A stretch of DNA of 64,000 nucleotides, from contig JAFGAR010000028.1 of the NCBI GenBank assembly GCA_016933575.1, forward strand, positions 192,001 through 256,000. Direction: 5' to 3'. The DNA comes from Candidatus Thorarchaeota archaeon (GTDB lineage Archaea > Asgardarchaeota > Thorarchaeia > Thorarchaeales > Thorarchaeaceae). The notes beneath the pieces were generated by a model. The model made no database searches, was not told the DNA's origin, and worked only from the letters and a program-made list of their open reading frames with translations. The translations under genes and the position numbers were made by a program. Of this stretch, positions 1 through 8,812 are shown piece after piece; the first letter of the stretch is position 1; every line of letters begins with the position of its first letter.

Positions 1-2
1 GT

Positions 3-923
3 GAACCAACACTTCGTATTCCACTTATTGTAGAGCTAATGGATACCTTTCCGAATGCACGATTTATGCTTCAGACAAATGCACTCCTCATGAATAATAT
101 CCCTAGAGAATATGTAAACAGGTTCCACTCGATACTTGTTTCAATTGACGGACCTGAAAATGTGACTGATGGATACAGATCCAAGGGAGTATACAAACGA
201 GTTCTTGAAAATGTAAGATGGTTGAGACGGTATAATTTTGCGGGGGATATTGTTGCCCGGATGGCAGTTTCGCAAGAGTCTGATATTTACAGAGATGTTC
301 GTCATCTATTAGAGCTAGGAGACCCATCGTTTGACCACGTCCATTGGCAATTGAATGCTATCTGGGCGGCTGATGAAAACTGGGTGGATTTTGATGGTTG
401 GATTGAAAAATCATACAATCCAGGAATTACCAGATTAGTAACTGAATGGATTGACCGAATGAGTGAGGGAATTGTCGAAGGGATTGTTCCATTCATTCCT
501 ATTGCTTATTCGCTTCTCACAGGTCAAGGGGCTTCTTTGAGATGCGGTTCGGGAATCGATACATTTGCTATCCATGTTGATGGCACTATTGGTGTCTGTC
601 CTATTTCTCCGGATTGGGATTTTTCACTTGTTGGAGATATCAGAAAAACAGATCCATCAAACTTACGCAGTATAATGAAGGTAGATGAACCATGTCCCTC
701 TTGTGATGTATTTGCTATCTGTGGAGGAAGATGTCTTTTTGCAAATAAGGAACGTCTCTGGGGTGACATAGGATTCGAGAGGGTCTGCGGGACAGTCAAA
801 CACATGATTAACGAAATTAGAGAAAGGATACCTATAATCAGGACGATGATAGATGGAGAAATTATAGCTCTTGAGGATTTTAAATATCCTGAATACAATA
901 ATGGGTGTGAAATCATCCCTTAA
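3..923 (+). CDS. Radical SAM/SPASM protein, AF0577 (TIGR04084)-like; 5' truncated by window edge
   Basis: Frame open from window start (..EPTLRIPL, end of the GGEP motif); SIDG motif; SPASM cysteines CGSG, CP, CPSCDVFAICGGRC; C-terminus NNGCEIIP. Confidence 0.85.
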   Translation, partial: EPTLRIPLIVELMDTFPNARFMLQTNALLMNNIPREYVNRFHSILVSIDGPENVTDGYRSKGVYKRVLENVRWLRRYNFAGDIVARMAVSQESDIYRDVRHLLELGDPSFDHVHWQLNAIWAADENWVDFDGWIEKSYNPGITRLVTEWIDRMSEGIVEGIVPFIPIAYSLLTGQGASLRCGSGIDTFAIHVDGTIGVCPISPDWDFSLVGDIRKTDPSNLRSIMKVDEPCPSCDVFAICGGRCLFANKERLWGDIGFERVCGTVKHMINEIRERIPIIRTMIDGEIIALEDFKYPEYNNGCEIIP

Positions 924-1417
924 ACATCATCATCTACTTGTTCATCAACAAGTTCCTTCTGCATAACCACAATTTCCTCGCCAAGACGTTCAAGACGCCC
1001 TGTTTCAGTATAGCCAATTCGTTCATAGAATGAAAGCTGCATCTCAACAGCGCCATACACTTCAATCTCAATAACAGTTGCACCCATATGGGACATGCGA
1101 TTCTCTGCGTACTCGACCAACATGGACCCAATTCTTCGTCCTCTGAAACTGCTTCGAACAGCAACTCGGGATATCACTCCTACATGTCCACTCAGTCTTA
1201 CTCGCATAGTACCTACTACATTATCACCGACCAATGCAACATATTGATCACCCATCTGAATGTGGCGTGCAATCTTACCAAGACCTTCTTCAAGAGCAGC
1301 AGGCATTCTAGAGAGCTGTTTCTTGACTGGTTCATAAGCTTCAGTGATTATCTCTTTGATGACGTCGACTTCGCTAAGATTTGCACGACGTATGGTGACT
1401 TCAGCATAGTTGTAAAT
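920..1417 (-). CDS. GNAT family N-acetyltransferase (ORF-track start 1306; frame extends to a probable ATT start at 1417)
   Basis: Motif A VAVRSSFRGRRIGS and FYERIGY; in-frame upstream EVTIRRANLSEVDVIKEIITEAY is the typical GNAT N-terminus; SD AGGAGG at 1431-1426. Confidence 0.85.
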   Translation of the reverse strand: MYNYAEVTIRRANLSEVDVIKEIITEAYEPVKKQLSRMPAALEEGLGKIARHIQMGDQYVALVGDNVVGTMRVRLSGHVGVISRVAVRSSFRGRRIGSMLVEYAENRMSHMGATVIEIEVYGAVEMQLSFYERIGYTETGRLERLGEEIVVMQKELVDEQVDDDV

Positions 1418-1544
1418 TGGAGATTCCTCCTAATAGATGCAATTCTATTAATTGCAGTTATTAATCATAAATTATTTGGAGCCGGAACAATTTTCTTATT
1501 CTGGTCTCAAGATTGAGCTAGAGATTGTATGGAGTGACTATGTT

Positions 1545-2030
1545 ATGACTATTACGATTAGACCAACACAAGAAGAAGATTGCGATTGGGTGACAGGAAT
1601 ATTGATTGACAACTGGGCTTCCAATATTGTAGTAACTAGGGGAATAAGCTACGAGGCTGATCGACTTCCTGGTCTAATCGCTGAAATTGGTGGCAAACCT
1701 GTTGGACTCCTCACGTACAGTATAAAGAAGAGTGAACTAGAAATCATTACGATGAACGCTCTCGAAAAGGGAAAGGGCGTAGGTACAGCCCTAATTGATG
1801 AGGTGGAGAAAATTGCCAAGCGGAATGAATGCCATCGAATCTGGTTAATCACTACCAATGACAATATTGACGCAATTAGATTCTACCAACGAAGGGGATT
1901 TGAAATTGCGAAGGTTCACAGATATGCCATTGAAGAATCCCGAAAATTGAAACCTCAACTGCCATCCGTTGGAAAATATGGGATTCCTATTCGAGATGAG
2001 ATTGAAATGGAAAGAAATCTCGAAGAGTGA
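1545..2030 (+). CDS. GNAT family N-acetyltransferase
   Basis: KGKGVGTAL, TTNDNIDAIRFYQRRGF; ATG 1545 downstream of GGAGTG. Confidence 0.9.
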   Translation: MTITIRPTQEEDCDWVTGILIDNWASNIVVTRGISYEADRLPGLIAEIGGKPVGLLTYSIKKSELEIITMNALEKGKGVGTALIDEVEKIAKRNECHRIWLITTNDNIDAIRFYQRRGFEIAKVHRYAIEESRKLKPQLPSVGKYGIPIRDEIEMERNLEE

Positions 2031-2083
2031 AGAAACGTACGTTTAAATTCCTCAAAGTCAAACGAGTGAGAGGAGGCCTTCTA

Positions 2084-2230
2084 ATGGCTGATGAAGAAAA
2101 AGATGATGTTGTCGAATCACAAAAACTCAGTAAGAAAGATAGAAGAGAGATTGAGGAAGGTGCATGTGTGAACTGTGCCTTAGCAAGTTTTATTGTGACG
2201 ATCTTGATGATGCTTGCAATGGTTCTGTAG
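2084..2230 (+). CDS. 48-aa microprotein: charged N-terminus, CxxC, C-terminal transmembrane helix
   Basis: TTTAAAT box at ~2042, SD AGGAGG at 2071-2076, ATG 2084; MADEEKDD...CVNC-ALASFIVTILMMLAMVL. Confidence 0.65.
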   Translation: MADEEKDDVVESQKLSKKDRREIEEGACVNCALASFIVTILMMLAMVL

Positions 2231-2241
2231 ATGGTTGAAAA

Positions 2242-2607
2242 ATGACATTTCTCATAGACCCCTTCCTTCTGATGGGATTCTCAATCATTTCATGTTGGAT
2301 AGAAAAGCGATTGAAAAATAAGACACAGAAACCAATAGGAACAATACTAGCAATATTTAGCCTCTGTGTCATCATTTTCACAAGTACATCACTATATCTC
2401 AACCTATGGTATATGGATTGGTTCTGGCTACCTTTCTCTCCGGTTATTACTTCTGGGAGAGACCTAATGATCAATTCGGGTCTCTTTACTTTTGAATCAG
2501 TTAATACAGCAGGACTGATTGATACTCTAGCAGCAATGCAAATCATTCTTTATCCGCTATGGACATACTTAGGTTTGAGAATTTGGAGAACTAGATACAG
2601 AGAATAA
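2242..2607 (+). CDS. Small membrane protein (about 3 TM), unknown function
   Basis: Hydrophobic segments; starts 11 nt after the microprotein stop. Confidence 0.75.
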   Translation: MTFLIDPFLLMGFSIISCWIEKRLKNKTQKPIGTILAIFSLCVIIFTSTSLYLNLWYMDWFWLPFSPVITSGRDLMINSGLFTFESVNTAGLIDTLAAMQIILYPLWTYLGLRIWRTRYRE

Positions 2608-2614
2608 AAGATTA

Positions 2615-2650
2615 GAAAAAAAGAGAAGAGAGAGGGTCGTATGGACCCTC
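2615..2650 (-). terminator. Hairpin plus pyrimidine/T tract after the 466-aa membrane gene
   Basis: GAGGGTC (2632-38)/GACCCTC (2644-50) followed on the minus strand by TCTCTTCTCTTTTTTT. Confidence 0.6.
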
Positions 2651-2661
2651 AATAGTATATT

Positions 2662-4062
2662 CTAATCCTCGTCCTCTTCATCTTCACCAAAACGCTTTGC
2701 TTTGCCTAAGCGTCTGCTTTTATCAATTGTAAGACGGTCTGAATCAGGGGCAGAGAGATCGTGTCCAGGTCGACCCTTCTCGATTCCCTCAGCTCGTTCG
2801 CTTGGCCAGGTCTTACCGGGTTCTGGAACTTTCTTGGAAATATCCTCATCAACTTCATCAGGTGTTAAGACCTTGCCTTCTGCCTTCGCTCTTTCAATAA
2901 TGCGTTCAGTTCGCTCATGAGTCAGATAATAAAGAGCTGTGAAGATTGCTGTAAGTGGGAAGGCAATTAATTTCGCAACGTCCCGGAATAGAAACAAGAC
3001 AAATGGGTCTGCGAGAATACCAGTCTGGAACCAACCACCAATTAGGGTGCCAGGTACTGCTGATACACTGATGATACTGTCAACAAAGAAGAATCCACTG
3101 GCTAGGAAGAATGTCAATAATGGACCAAAGTCACCAGTTCTTGCTCTAGATTCTTCAACTGAGTCAGTTACAGTTCTACCAATGCCACTCATTGCATAAG
3201 CTAAGAAGAACAAGGTCATGAAGATATCAACAGGACCGAGTCCAGACACTGCGGTTCTGCGCATTACATTGAATAGAAAATATCCTGCATAGATAGATAT
3301 GAAGATAGTTAGAATCGCAATGTTTAGGGCAGCTCCTCTACCAGAGTATCTGAGGAATGCTAATAGCATAACTACAGCAAATAAGCCCATTGCGGCATAA
3401 GCAATAAGCAGTGTTGTTGCCTGCAATTGAAGATTAGTAATTGCTTGACCAAGCATTGGTAGTCCTTGAACAATGGTTCCAATCCCTGCAATATCATAAG
3501 GAATTAGCCAGACTGCGGCTAAAGCTTCAACCGCGATGATTCCAACACCTATTAGCAATATAATGAAACTCCCAATCCCAAGCAGTACTCCTCCTTTCTT
3601 TGGTTCAGCAAGAGTTGCGACTCTGAGACTAGTCCGAGTAGACAGATATGCTTGGAACGCAATCCACCCAACCCAACAAAGCATAGCGAAGAAGAGAAGT
3701 GGAGCGGGACCTGCGAGAATTGATAAAAAGACAGAGATAGCAAAAGAAACTACCATCCAACTTAATCCTTTCATTTCTGTGACTCTACCACGTCCTCGGC
3801 GAGTTATCCAAAGCTTATCCAACTTCAAACCAATCAAGAAGCTTCCGAGTCCAAAATAGATTGTACCTGTGGAGCCGATATATGCGAAGAAATAGACTAA
3901 TGCCAATTCAAAATCGGTGCCAACAGTTATTGTCATCAACCACGAAACAAAAAGTGCAAGAAACGTGGTGGCTACGAACACAATAGTATAAGCAAGGTAT
4001 CTTCGAGTTCGAAAGAACACGCCGAGACCACTGATAATTCCTGAGAGAATAGGTATTTGCAA
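2662..4062 (-). CDS. Polytopic membrane protein (about 11 TM) with charged cytoplasmic tail
   Basis: Repeated hydrophobic helices; SD GGGAGG before TTG; acidic C-terminus. Confidence 0.85.
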   Translation of the reverse strand: MQIPILSGIISGLGVFFRTRRYLAYTIVFVATTFLALFVSWLMTITVGTDFELALVYFFAYIGSTGTIYFGLGSFLIGLKLDKLWITRRGRGRVTEMKGLSWMVVSFAISVFLSILAGPAPLLFFAMLCWVGWIAFQAYLSTRTSLRVATLAEPKKGGVLLGIGSFIILLIGVGIIAVEALAAVWLIPYDIAGIGTIVQGLPMLGQAITNLQLQATTLLIAYAAMGLFAVVMLLAFLRYSGRGAALNIAILTIFISIYAGYFLFNVMRRTAVSGLGPVDIFMTLFFLAYAMSGIGRTVTDSVEESRARTGDFGPLLTFFLASGFFFVDSIISVSAVPGTLIGGWFQTGILADPFVLFLFRDVAKLIAFPLTAIFTALYYLTHERTERIIERAKAEGKVLTPDEVDEDISKKVPEPGKTWPSERAEGIEKGRPGHDLSAPDSDRLTIDKSRRLGKAKRFGEDEEDED

Positions 4063-4201
4063 TACAGCAACCTCCCTTGTTAGTTCTCGTAAGTAGCTGG
4101 AAGGATTTAAGCCTTCGGAGAATATAGTTTCTATTTCTCTGGTGAAAGATAATAAGGTAATATTTCTATCAATAATAGCCTCATAGGGAGTTGAGCACCC
4201 A

Positions 4202-7200
4202 ATGGCTATACGAGTTCTGATGGTCGATGATGATACTGTTCATCTAGAATTGAGTGAACGATTTCTGAAGCGACAAAGTCCAGATTACGAGATTGTTTCT
4301 GTTGAAACTTCAGATGATGCAATAAGACTTCTTGAAGAAAATGGTTTTGATGCGGCTGTCTGTGATATTGATCTCGCGGAGCAGACCAAGACGGGTCTAA
4401 ATATTCTAGAACATGTTAGAAGTAGGAGTGATGATATTCCTTTCATTATCTTTACTGGAAAGAGCAGAGAGGAGTTTGCTATCCAAGCGCTCAACCTTGG
4501 GGCGGACTACTATATTCGAAAGAGCTCAACAAATATCGAGGGACTCTATGCAGAACTCTCCTATTACATCCTTACTGCGGTTGCAAAACGGCGGACAGAA
4601 CGAGCTCTGAGAGATTCAGAACAAAAATTACGCGAGAGTGAAGCAAGGCTTGCAGAAGCTCAACGTATCTCACACTCAGGTAGTTGGGTATGGAATATTG
4701 TAGAGAATAAGGAAATTTGGTCCGATGAGATCTACCGAATCTTTGGACTAGCTCCACAGGAATTCCTTGCGACATATGAAGCATTCTTGGAATCAGTACA
4801 CCCTGAAGATAGAGAACTGGTGAAGAATTCAGTAGAAGCAGCCATCAAAAATCAAGAACCCTATAGTATAGACCATAGAATAGTTAGACCAGATGGTGCA
4901 ATAAGACATGTGCATGAAGAGGGGGAGGTTACCTTTGATGCAGATGGTACAGCTGTCAGAATGATGGGAACGGTACAAGACACTACAGATCGGATCATAA
5001 TTGAAGAACTCCTCCGTGAAGAAAGAGACCGGGCTCGAAAATATCTGCAATTGACGAATACGATGATAGTGGCTCTTGATACGTCATTCAATGTGACTAT
5101 GATTAACCGAAAAGGCTGTGAAATTTTAGAATATACAGAGGAAGAGATTCTTGGTAAGAATTGGATTCAATTCTTTCTACCAGAGAGTGGACGAAATGAG
5201 GCAGAAGAGTATCTCAAGTCCCTGCTTGATTCAAATGGAAATATTGGACCGTGTTGTAGTTTCAAGATACTCACACGAACAGGAACAGAAAAAACAATCC
5301 TATGTCATGACACGGTTCTTTTTGATGATGAAGGAGATATATCCTCAATTCTCTGTTCAGCTCAGCTGATTCCTGAAACAGGAAACATCGACCAACCAGA
5401 GATTACACTCATAACTCAATCATTGCGAGCTAGAGAGGAATGGTGGCAAGGAGTATTTGATCACGCCCCAGGTGCTATTGGAATATTCAATTCAGAGGGC
5501 CTATTGATTGATGCAAATAAAGCAGCAGTAGAGATGCTTGGCGTAAAGAATCGAGAAACACTTCTCGGTCTAAGTCTCTTCAGGGATTCCAACTTGCCTA
5601 AGCACGTCCTTGAGAGTGTACAACGAGGAGAGGTTCATAGATTCGACTATAAATGGGACTTTGGATATGTGTCAAGAAGAGGAATCCTTCCAACAACAAG
5701 GACTGAAGTCATCTATATGGATGTCGTTCTGTCACCACTTCAGGATACTAATGGACAATCAAGAGGCTATGTCCTTCATGCAACCGATATGACACATCGT
5801 CGGCGTACAGAACAAGCACTGAAAGCAAATGAAGAAATGTTCCGGACAATATTTGATGAATCACCAATCTGTATCGAATTGTTCGACTCGGATGGTATAC
5901 AAATAGGAGCGAATAAAGCAAGCCTAGAACTCTTTGGTCAGGAGAGTATAGAAGATTCAATTGGCTTTGATCTATTTGGAGATCCCAACACACCAGATTT
6001 TGTTAAGGAACACCTTCGAAAAGGTGCTGCAGTGAAAGCACAGACTCGTTTTGATTTTTCGAAAGTTCATTTACATGACCTATACAAGACAAAGAAGACT
6101 GGGATTCTTCATCTCGACGCAGTTTTTTCCCCGCTTCATTATGGCTCAGAAGAGGGATTACAAGGATATATCATCCATATTCAGGATATTACAGATCGAC
6201 ATCTTGCAGAGCAAGCCTTGATGGAGAGCAGGGAGAGTTACAAGGAGTTATACAATAATGCACTAATTGGTCTATTTCGTGTTAGAATCTCAGATAGCAT
6301 GATTCTGGAGTGTAATGAATACTTTGCCAAAATCTTCAGTCATGATGACAGACAGTCGATTATTGACGGTATGAGCTTTTTCAAAGATTTCCTATTACGT
6401 CCTTCATTATGGAATGAACTCAAAGAAACTTTGAAGAAACAAGAGCGCGTTATCACAGAGCTTCAAGTGACTTCGAAAGATAGCAAAAAACTCTGGATGA
6501 GGTTCTCATTACGCATAGCGACTGAAAAGGGACATATCGAAGGTGTGATGTCAGATATCACACAACAAAAACTTGCACTTGAGATGCTTCGAAACCAAAA
6601 AGAGGAACTTAGTGAATTTGCGCATTCGATGAGTCACGATCTTAAGAATATCTTACACAACATGCAGGGTTTTCTAGAACTAGCTGAGGACGAGAATAAT
6701 CTAACTCACTTGAAGAGACTTCACAGTCTCATCAATGACACTATTGATCTGTTGAATCATTCAGTTCTTCTTGCAGATGCGGGACTTGTTGTAGAAGAAG
6801 ACCTAACGGACGTTAATCTTGATGTTCTTGTTAGAGATGTTGCGGAATCGATCATTCCAGACACTATTGGCTATAACCAGGACAGTCTACCAGTCGTCAA
6901 GGCTGATGTAACAAAAGTGAGTCAAATCTTCAGAAACCTATTCGATAATGCTGTGAAACATGGAAAACCGAGGACCATTGAAGTCAGAAGTTACATTCGA
7001 GAAGGTAACATCTGTGTTGCGGTTTCAAATGATGGAAAAGACATATCCGATGAAATTCGACCGAAATTATTCTCAAGGGGATTCACAACTAGCAAGACAG
7101 GTCAAGGGTTTGGATTATCTATCGTAAAACGTATTGCTGAGGCGCATAAATGGACCATTCATCTTGTTGACACTAAAAAGACGACTTTTGAGCTACGTAT

Positions 7201-7225
7201 GCCTATCAATAATTCAGGAATGTAG
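4202..7225 (+). CDS. Hybrid sensor histidine kinase (REC - multiple PAS - HisKA - HATPase)
   Basis: REC VLMVDDD..CDID..FTGK..YIRK; PAS repeats (SGSWVWN, VHPEDRE, DITDR); H-box SHDLKN; N-box NLFDNAVKH; G2 GQGFGLSIV. Confidence 0.95.
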   Translation: MAIRVLMVDDDTVHLELSERFLKRQSPDYEIVSVETSDDAIRLLEENGFDAAVCDIDLAEQTKTGLNILEHVRSRSDDIPFIIFTGKSREEFAIQALNLGADYYIRKSSTNIEGLYAELSYYILTAVAKRRTERALRDSEQKLRESEARLAEAQRISHSGSWVWNIVENKEIWSDEIYRIFGLAPQEFLATYEAFLESVHPEDRELVKNSVEAAIKNQEPYSIDHRIVRPDGAIRHVHEEGEVTFDADGTAVRMMGTVQDTTDRIIIEELLREERDRARKYLQLTNTMIVALDTSFNVTMINRKGCEILEYTEEEILGKNWIQFFLPESGRNEAEEYLKSLLDSNGNIGPCCSFKILTRTGTEKTILCHDTVLFDDEGDISSILCSAQLIPETGNIDQPEITLITQSLRAREEWWQGVFDHAPGAIGIFNSEGLLIDANKAAVEMLGVKNRETLLGLSLFRDSNLPKHVLESVQRGEVHRFDYKWDFGYVSRRGILPTTRTEVIYMDVVLSPLQDTNGQSRGYVLHATDMTHRRRTEQALKANEEMFRTIFDESPICIELFDSDGIQIGANKASLELFGQESIEDSIGFDLFGDPNTPDFVKEHLRKGAAVKAQTRFDFSKVHLHDLYKTKKTGILHLDAVFSPLHYGSEEGLQGYIIHIQDITDRHLAEQALMESRESYKELYNNALIGLFRVRISDSMILECNEYFAKIFSHDDRQSIIDGMSFFKDFLLRPSLWNELKETLKKQERVITELQVTSKDSKKLWMRFSLRIATEKGHIEGVMSDITQQKLALEMLRNQKEELSEFAHSMSHDLKNILHNMQGFLELAEDENNLTHLKRLHSLINDTIDLLNHSVLLADAGLVVEEDLTDVNLDVLVRDVAESIIPDTIGYNQDSLPVVKADVTKVSQIFRNLFDNAVKHGKPRTIEVRSYIREGNICVAVSNDGKDISDEIRPKLFSRGFTTSKTGQGFGLSIVKRIAEAHKWTIHLVDTKKTTFELRMPINNSGM

Positions 7226-7304
7226 CTGGGAGCGAAAAAAGAAGAACCATTCACTCGGATACACAATACAACATCCTTAATAGGTTAAAATGGAAAACAA
7301 CAAT

Positions 7305-7430
7305 TGTGGTCAGTGGAATGGTAGGGCTTCGTTTTGTAACATGCCCTCATTACATAACTCCCCCCCCTCCAGTGATGTGGAATGCCCATATCGCGGGGAA
7401 TACCACATAGCTCTACTGTCCCTGGCCACA
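7305..7430 (+). ncRNA. Candidate structured small RNA (~126 nt)
   Basis: ~22-bp terminal stem (7305-7328 with 7409-7430) whose non-Watson-Crick pairs are G-U on the + strand; two internal hairpins; C-rich linker; TTAATA box at 7277-7282. Confidence 0.6.
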
Positions 7431-7506
7431 CCTATTCTCAGAATTGATTCCAGTCGCGAAGATGTTATATCTTCCAATTATCTTGGAAAACATTGAATTA
7501 CTAAAA

Positions 7507-8172
7507 ATGCATTCAAAGGTTGGAAACTTGAAGAAAGCCACAATCATTCTCATTATGTTAGTTATCATTGGTGGTTTTGCAGTCGTTCTATATCAAATGC
7601 ATGAAATCAATGAAAATACCTTTGATACAGGAGGACGTTATGATCCAAGTGTCCTAGACTACATGGGAGTGATTTATGCCAACAGGTCTGACATCGAGGG
7701 TTTCAATGAAGGATACAGCGGATCTACTGCATGCCCATGGGGATTCGTCCACAATGGGATTGATTATTTCTACTTCAACAACTCTGATGTCATTGCAGCA
7801 GCACCGGGATTGGTTGAAAAGATAGAATTACATGATTGGGGATTAGAAGCACAGCATCGTTATACTATTAGTGTAGAAATCAGGTTCAATGCCTCTGTGA
7901 ACCTACTGTACAATTTTGAACCTTGGACAAACTCTACAGACGAGCAGGCCCAACAAGTAGAGATGTTCAATATCGAAGTTGGGAGCTGGGTAACTAAGGG
8001 TGATGTTATAGCAAAATTTCTCCATGCAGGAGAAGGAGCGCACATTCATTTTGGAATTTACCAAGATGGCGAGGCGAGAGATCCAACTTTGTACCTATCA
8101 ACTGATGGATACAATGAACTCTTAGAAATGATCCATGATTTCCATCCGACATGGGAGATTAGTTATCCATAA
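7507..8172 (+). CDS. Membrane-anchored M23 family metallopeptidase
   Basis: N-terminal TM; HNGID (HxxxD), VIAAAPGLV, VTKGDVI, HIHF (HxH), DPTLYL; start uncertain (7507 or 7528). Confidence 0.75.
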   Translation: MHSKVGNLKKATIILIMLVIIGGFAVVLYQMHEINENTFDTGGRYDPSVLDYMGVIYANRSDIEGFNEGYSGSTACPWGFVHNGIDYFYFNNSDVIAAAPGLVEKIELHDWGLEAQHRYTISVEIRFNASVNLLYNFEPWTNSTDEQAQQVEMFNIEVGSWVTKGDVIAKFLHAGEGAHIHFGIYQDGEARDPTLYLSTDGYNELLEMIHDFHPTWEISYP

Positions 8173-8294
8173 TCAGATTCATATTTTCATGATCAGGAAT
8201 TTTGATGGAATGTGCTATCACTGACCATACCTTTGAGCATTTCCCCTCTTTTGCTTAGTTCTAAATCTTATAATTTGGAATTCCAAGTCCTTTC

Positions 8295-8744
8295 TTGATA
8301 AAAATGGAAAGTAGATCTTTGTTCAATTACAGAATCAGGATTATCATAATTATCATCAGTATGATCATTGTCTTCATTTTGCCCTATGGGTACCATGTCG
8401 ACCTTGGTCCAGGGCCTAATGGATTCATGTCAATCACATGGGAATGTCCTGAAACGGAAAGCAGTCCGATTCCATTTTCTGCCCTTGAGTATTTCATCTA
8501 CTACCTCTACCGTCTTGTAGTATTAAATGCAATTTTGAAATTCTCACACGGACAGATGAACATGAAAAGGCTCATTCAGCATGGAATTGTTGGAGAGATT
8601 ATTCCAATACTCATTTCTATTCCTGGCATTTTGTTTCTCAATGAAGAAGGAGAGAACTATATTCCAATTATGATTCCAATACCATTTCTGTTGTTATTTA
8701 CCCTATTGTTGGCACTGTACAAATACAAGGTTAGAAATTATTGA
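8295..8744 (+). CDS. Hypothetical membrane protein
   Basis: About 4 hydrophobic segments; CTTATAA box upstream. Confidence 0.7.
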   Translation: MIKMESRSLFNYRIRIIIIIISMIIVFILPYGYHVDLGPGPNGFMSITWECPETESSPIPFSALEYFIYYLYRLVVLNAILKFSHGQMNMKRLIQHGIVGEIIPILISIPGILFLNEEGENYIPIMIPIPFLLLFTLLLALYKYKVRNY

Positions 8745-8812
8745 TAATCCTGCAGGAATAAACCAAATCTCATGTAGCTTTAATCGAGAGATCTTTCAAT
8801 AGAAACCAAAGG

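Noticed and set aside
7305-7430. 5S rRNA, tRNA, SECIS, C/D-box guide or MITE identity for the structured element
   Set aside because: No 5S CCGAAC loop, no cloverleaf/TTCG arm, no AUGA/GA quartet, only a partial box C with no box D; arms are imperfect at DNA level and no target-site duplication is evident
7290-7496. 68-aa ORF (and a 21-aa antisense ORF) over the candidate RNA
   Set aside because: No SD, atypical composition, starts upstream of the predicted TSS; G-U-compensated pairing is better explained by RNA structure
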